Assembly (NCBI GenBank): GCA_963823665.1
Contig: CAWGMQ010000004.1
Location: 1,664,001 to 1,728,000 of the forward strand
Origin: an uncultured Planctomycetota bacterium
GTDB lineage: Bacteria; Planctomycetota; Planctomycetia; Isosphaerales; Isosphaeraceae
Direction of reading: 5' to 3'
Length of the DNA: 64,000 bases
The notes beneath the pieces are model-generated. The model was not told where the DNA came from, did not search any database, and worked only from the letters and a program-made list of their open reading frames with translations. The translations under genes and the position numbers were made by a program. Shown here piece after piece: positions 62,517-64,000 of this stretch. The first letter of the stretch is position 1. Each line of letters opens with the position of its first letter.

Positions 62517-64000
62517 GCACCGCCGTAGACTCCCTCGAAACTCGCGCCGCTGCAGACCCGCGTCTGGCCGCGTTCCTGGAGCCCGACTGCCCGGAGGTGT
62601 TCCACTCGGTCGCCACGCCGAGCGCCATCTGGAAGCCCGACCCTTTTGATGTAGAGACGATTCACCCCGAGGCCCGCGCGGCGTTCGAGTACCTATTGAA
62701 TCGCGCGGGCCGCACCCCTCCGCCACCCTCTGGCGCGGTCCTGGTTTTGCTCGGCGAGGCCGGCAGCGGCAAGACGCACTTGATGCGGGCATTCCGAACC
62801 CGCGCCCATGGATGTGACCTGGGCTACTGCGGCTACCTCCAGATGACCGCCGAGGCGGGCAACTACGCTCGGTACATGCTGACAAACCTGATCGACGGCC
62901 TCGAGCAGCCTTACGACGCCACCGGCCCGTCGCGCACCGGGCTCGCCCGGTTGTCGGCTGCCCTCCTTGAGTCAGTGCCGGGCCTATCCGGAATGGAAAT
63001 GGAGGCATTCCGCGAAAGTGAAAGCGGCGACGATCCCGCGGGTCTTGCGGACGATTACGCTGACCGCCTGCAAACGGCCCCACGCTTCCGAGACTGTGGT
63101 CTCGAGCTGCTCCGGGTGCTGTTGCACCTGCAGCGCAACGAGCCGAGAGTGCGCAGCCGGGCTCTCATGTGGCTACGGTGCGAGAACATGCGCTCCCAGG
63201 ATCGCGAATGGATCGGCGAGGCAGTGCCGCGCACGGACGATGCCGACCCGATGAAAATGCTACAGCAGCTCGCCAAGCTGACAGACGCCGTACACGGCGT
63301 CCCGCTCGTTCTTCTCATTGACCAGTTGGAAGACATGGCCAACCAGTCGGCTCCGGTCGATCGGTTCCTCAAGGTGATCGACGCAATCACCGCGTTCACT
63401 GACGCTGTTCCCAATACGATCATCGTGCTGGCGTGTCTCGAGGATTACTTCAGGGCGAACATCGAAAAACTCAACAAAGCCAAGCAAGATCGCTTGCTCC
63501 GCGACCCCGACCCGATTCGCCTGCTCGGCAACCGCACCTCCGACGAGATCCGCGAAATGACCGCACGGCGGCTTGCTCACCTCTACGACACTGCGGACGT
63601 CCTTGTCGACCCGGCGAACGAGCTATACCCGTTCCGCGATGACCACCTCGCCAGGCTGAACAACCTGCGGGCCCGTGATGCACTCGATTTCCTGAGGCGG
63701 CACCATCAGCACTGCCTCACCATCGGCCGATGGGAGGATCCGGGGGGAACGATCAGCACATCGGAGGCCTCGCCGGAAAATGAACTTGACCCGCTCTGGA
63801 ACGACTTTCACTCCAGTTTCCAGGCAACCGTCCCCGACGGCGAAGAAGACCTGTCCCAGATTCTGGCCGACGCGATCCGCGGAGCGTCAGCCGAGCTGCC
63901 CGACGGCTATCAATTCAGTTCCGAGCGCGACGGGCGTTATCTCGAAGTCGAGACTCACCGGCCCAGCAACGAGGTGGACAAGCTGCTCGTCGCCGTTTGC
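62513..64000 (+). CDS. P-loop ATPase (AAA+-like), partial, runs off the window
   Basis: Not in the ORF track; ATGA overlap at 62513; MSTAVDSLETR..., Walker A VLVLLGEAGSGKTHL, Walker B LVLLIDQLED; no stop seen before 64000. Confidence 0.9.
   Translation, partial: MSTAVDSLETRAAADPRLAAFLEPDCPEVFHSVATPSAIWKPDPFDVETIHPEARAAFEYLLNRAGRTPPPPSGAVLVLLGEAGSGKTHLMRAFRTRAHGCDLGYCGYLQMTAEAGNYARYMLTNLIDGLEQPYDATGPSRTGLARLSAALLESVPGLSGMEMEAFRESESGDDPAGLADDYADRLQTAPRFRDCGLELLRVLLHLQRNEPRVRSRALMWLRCENMRSQDREWIGEAVPRTDDADPMKMLQQLAKLTDAVHGVPLVLLIDQLEDMANQSAPVDRFLKVIDAITAFTDAVPNTIIVLACLEDYFRANIEKLNKAKQDRLLRDPDPIRLLGNRTSDEIREMTARRLAHLYDTADVLVDPANELYPFRDDHLARLNNLRARDALDFLRRHHQHCLTIGRWEDPGGTISTSEASPENELDPLWNDFHSSFQATVPDGEEDLSQILADAIRGASAELPDGYQFSSERDGRYLEVETHRPSNEVDKLLVAVC

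Overview
High-GC bacterial DNA with clear Planctomycetota (Isosphaeraceae-like) signatures: DUF1549/DUF1553, DUF1559 with its lipoprotein partner, 'LESRRLLS' leader motifs, an ECF-kinase pair and PEP-CTERM proteins. At least eight otherwise intact genes are broken by single-base indels, most likely long-read assembly error. Bases 1-47.4 kb are mostly ordinary: a sigma54 two-component pair, an M48 peptidase, a YtrA-type ABC operon with a visible operator, and hydrolases. The top candidate for an undescribed system is a tightly coupled three-gene operon at 27.4-31.6 kb. It encodes an XPB helicase, a 77-aa protein patterned like TFIIH p8/Tfb5, and a large protein patterned like p52/Tfb2, i.e. a possible bacterial XPB-p52-p8 translocase module. 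Bases 47.5-64 kb are an accessory, conflict-type region. It holds three partial copies of an XRE/RHH-like cassette, a truncated HD-domain gene coupled to a Hint-domain gene, a transposase scrap, a Phd-VapC toxin-antitoxin pair, a giant double-beta-propeller surface protein, and a coupled DUF559 nuclease + unknown + P-loop ATPase operon that runs off the window end. No rRNA, tRNA or CRISPR array was seen. All family calls are by-eye motif recognition; no database searches were run.
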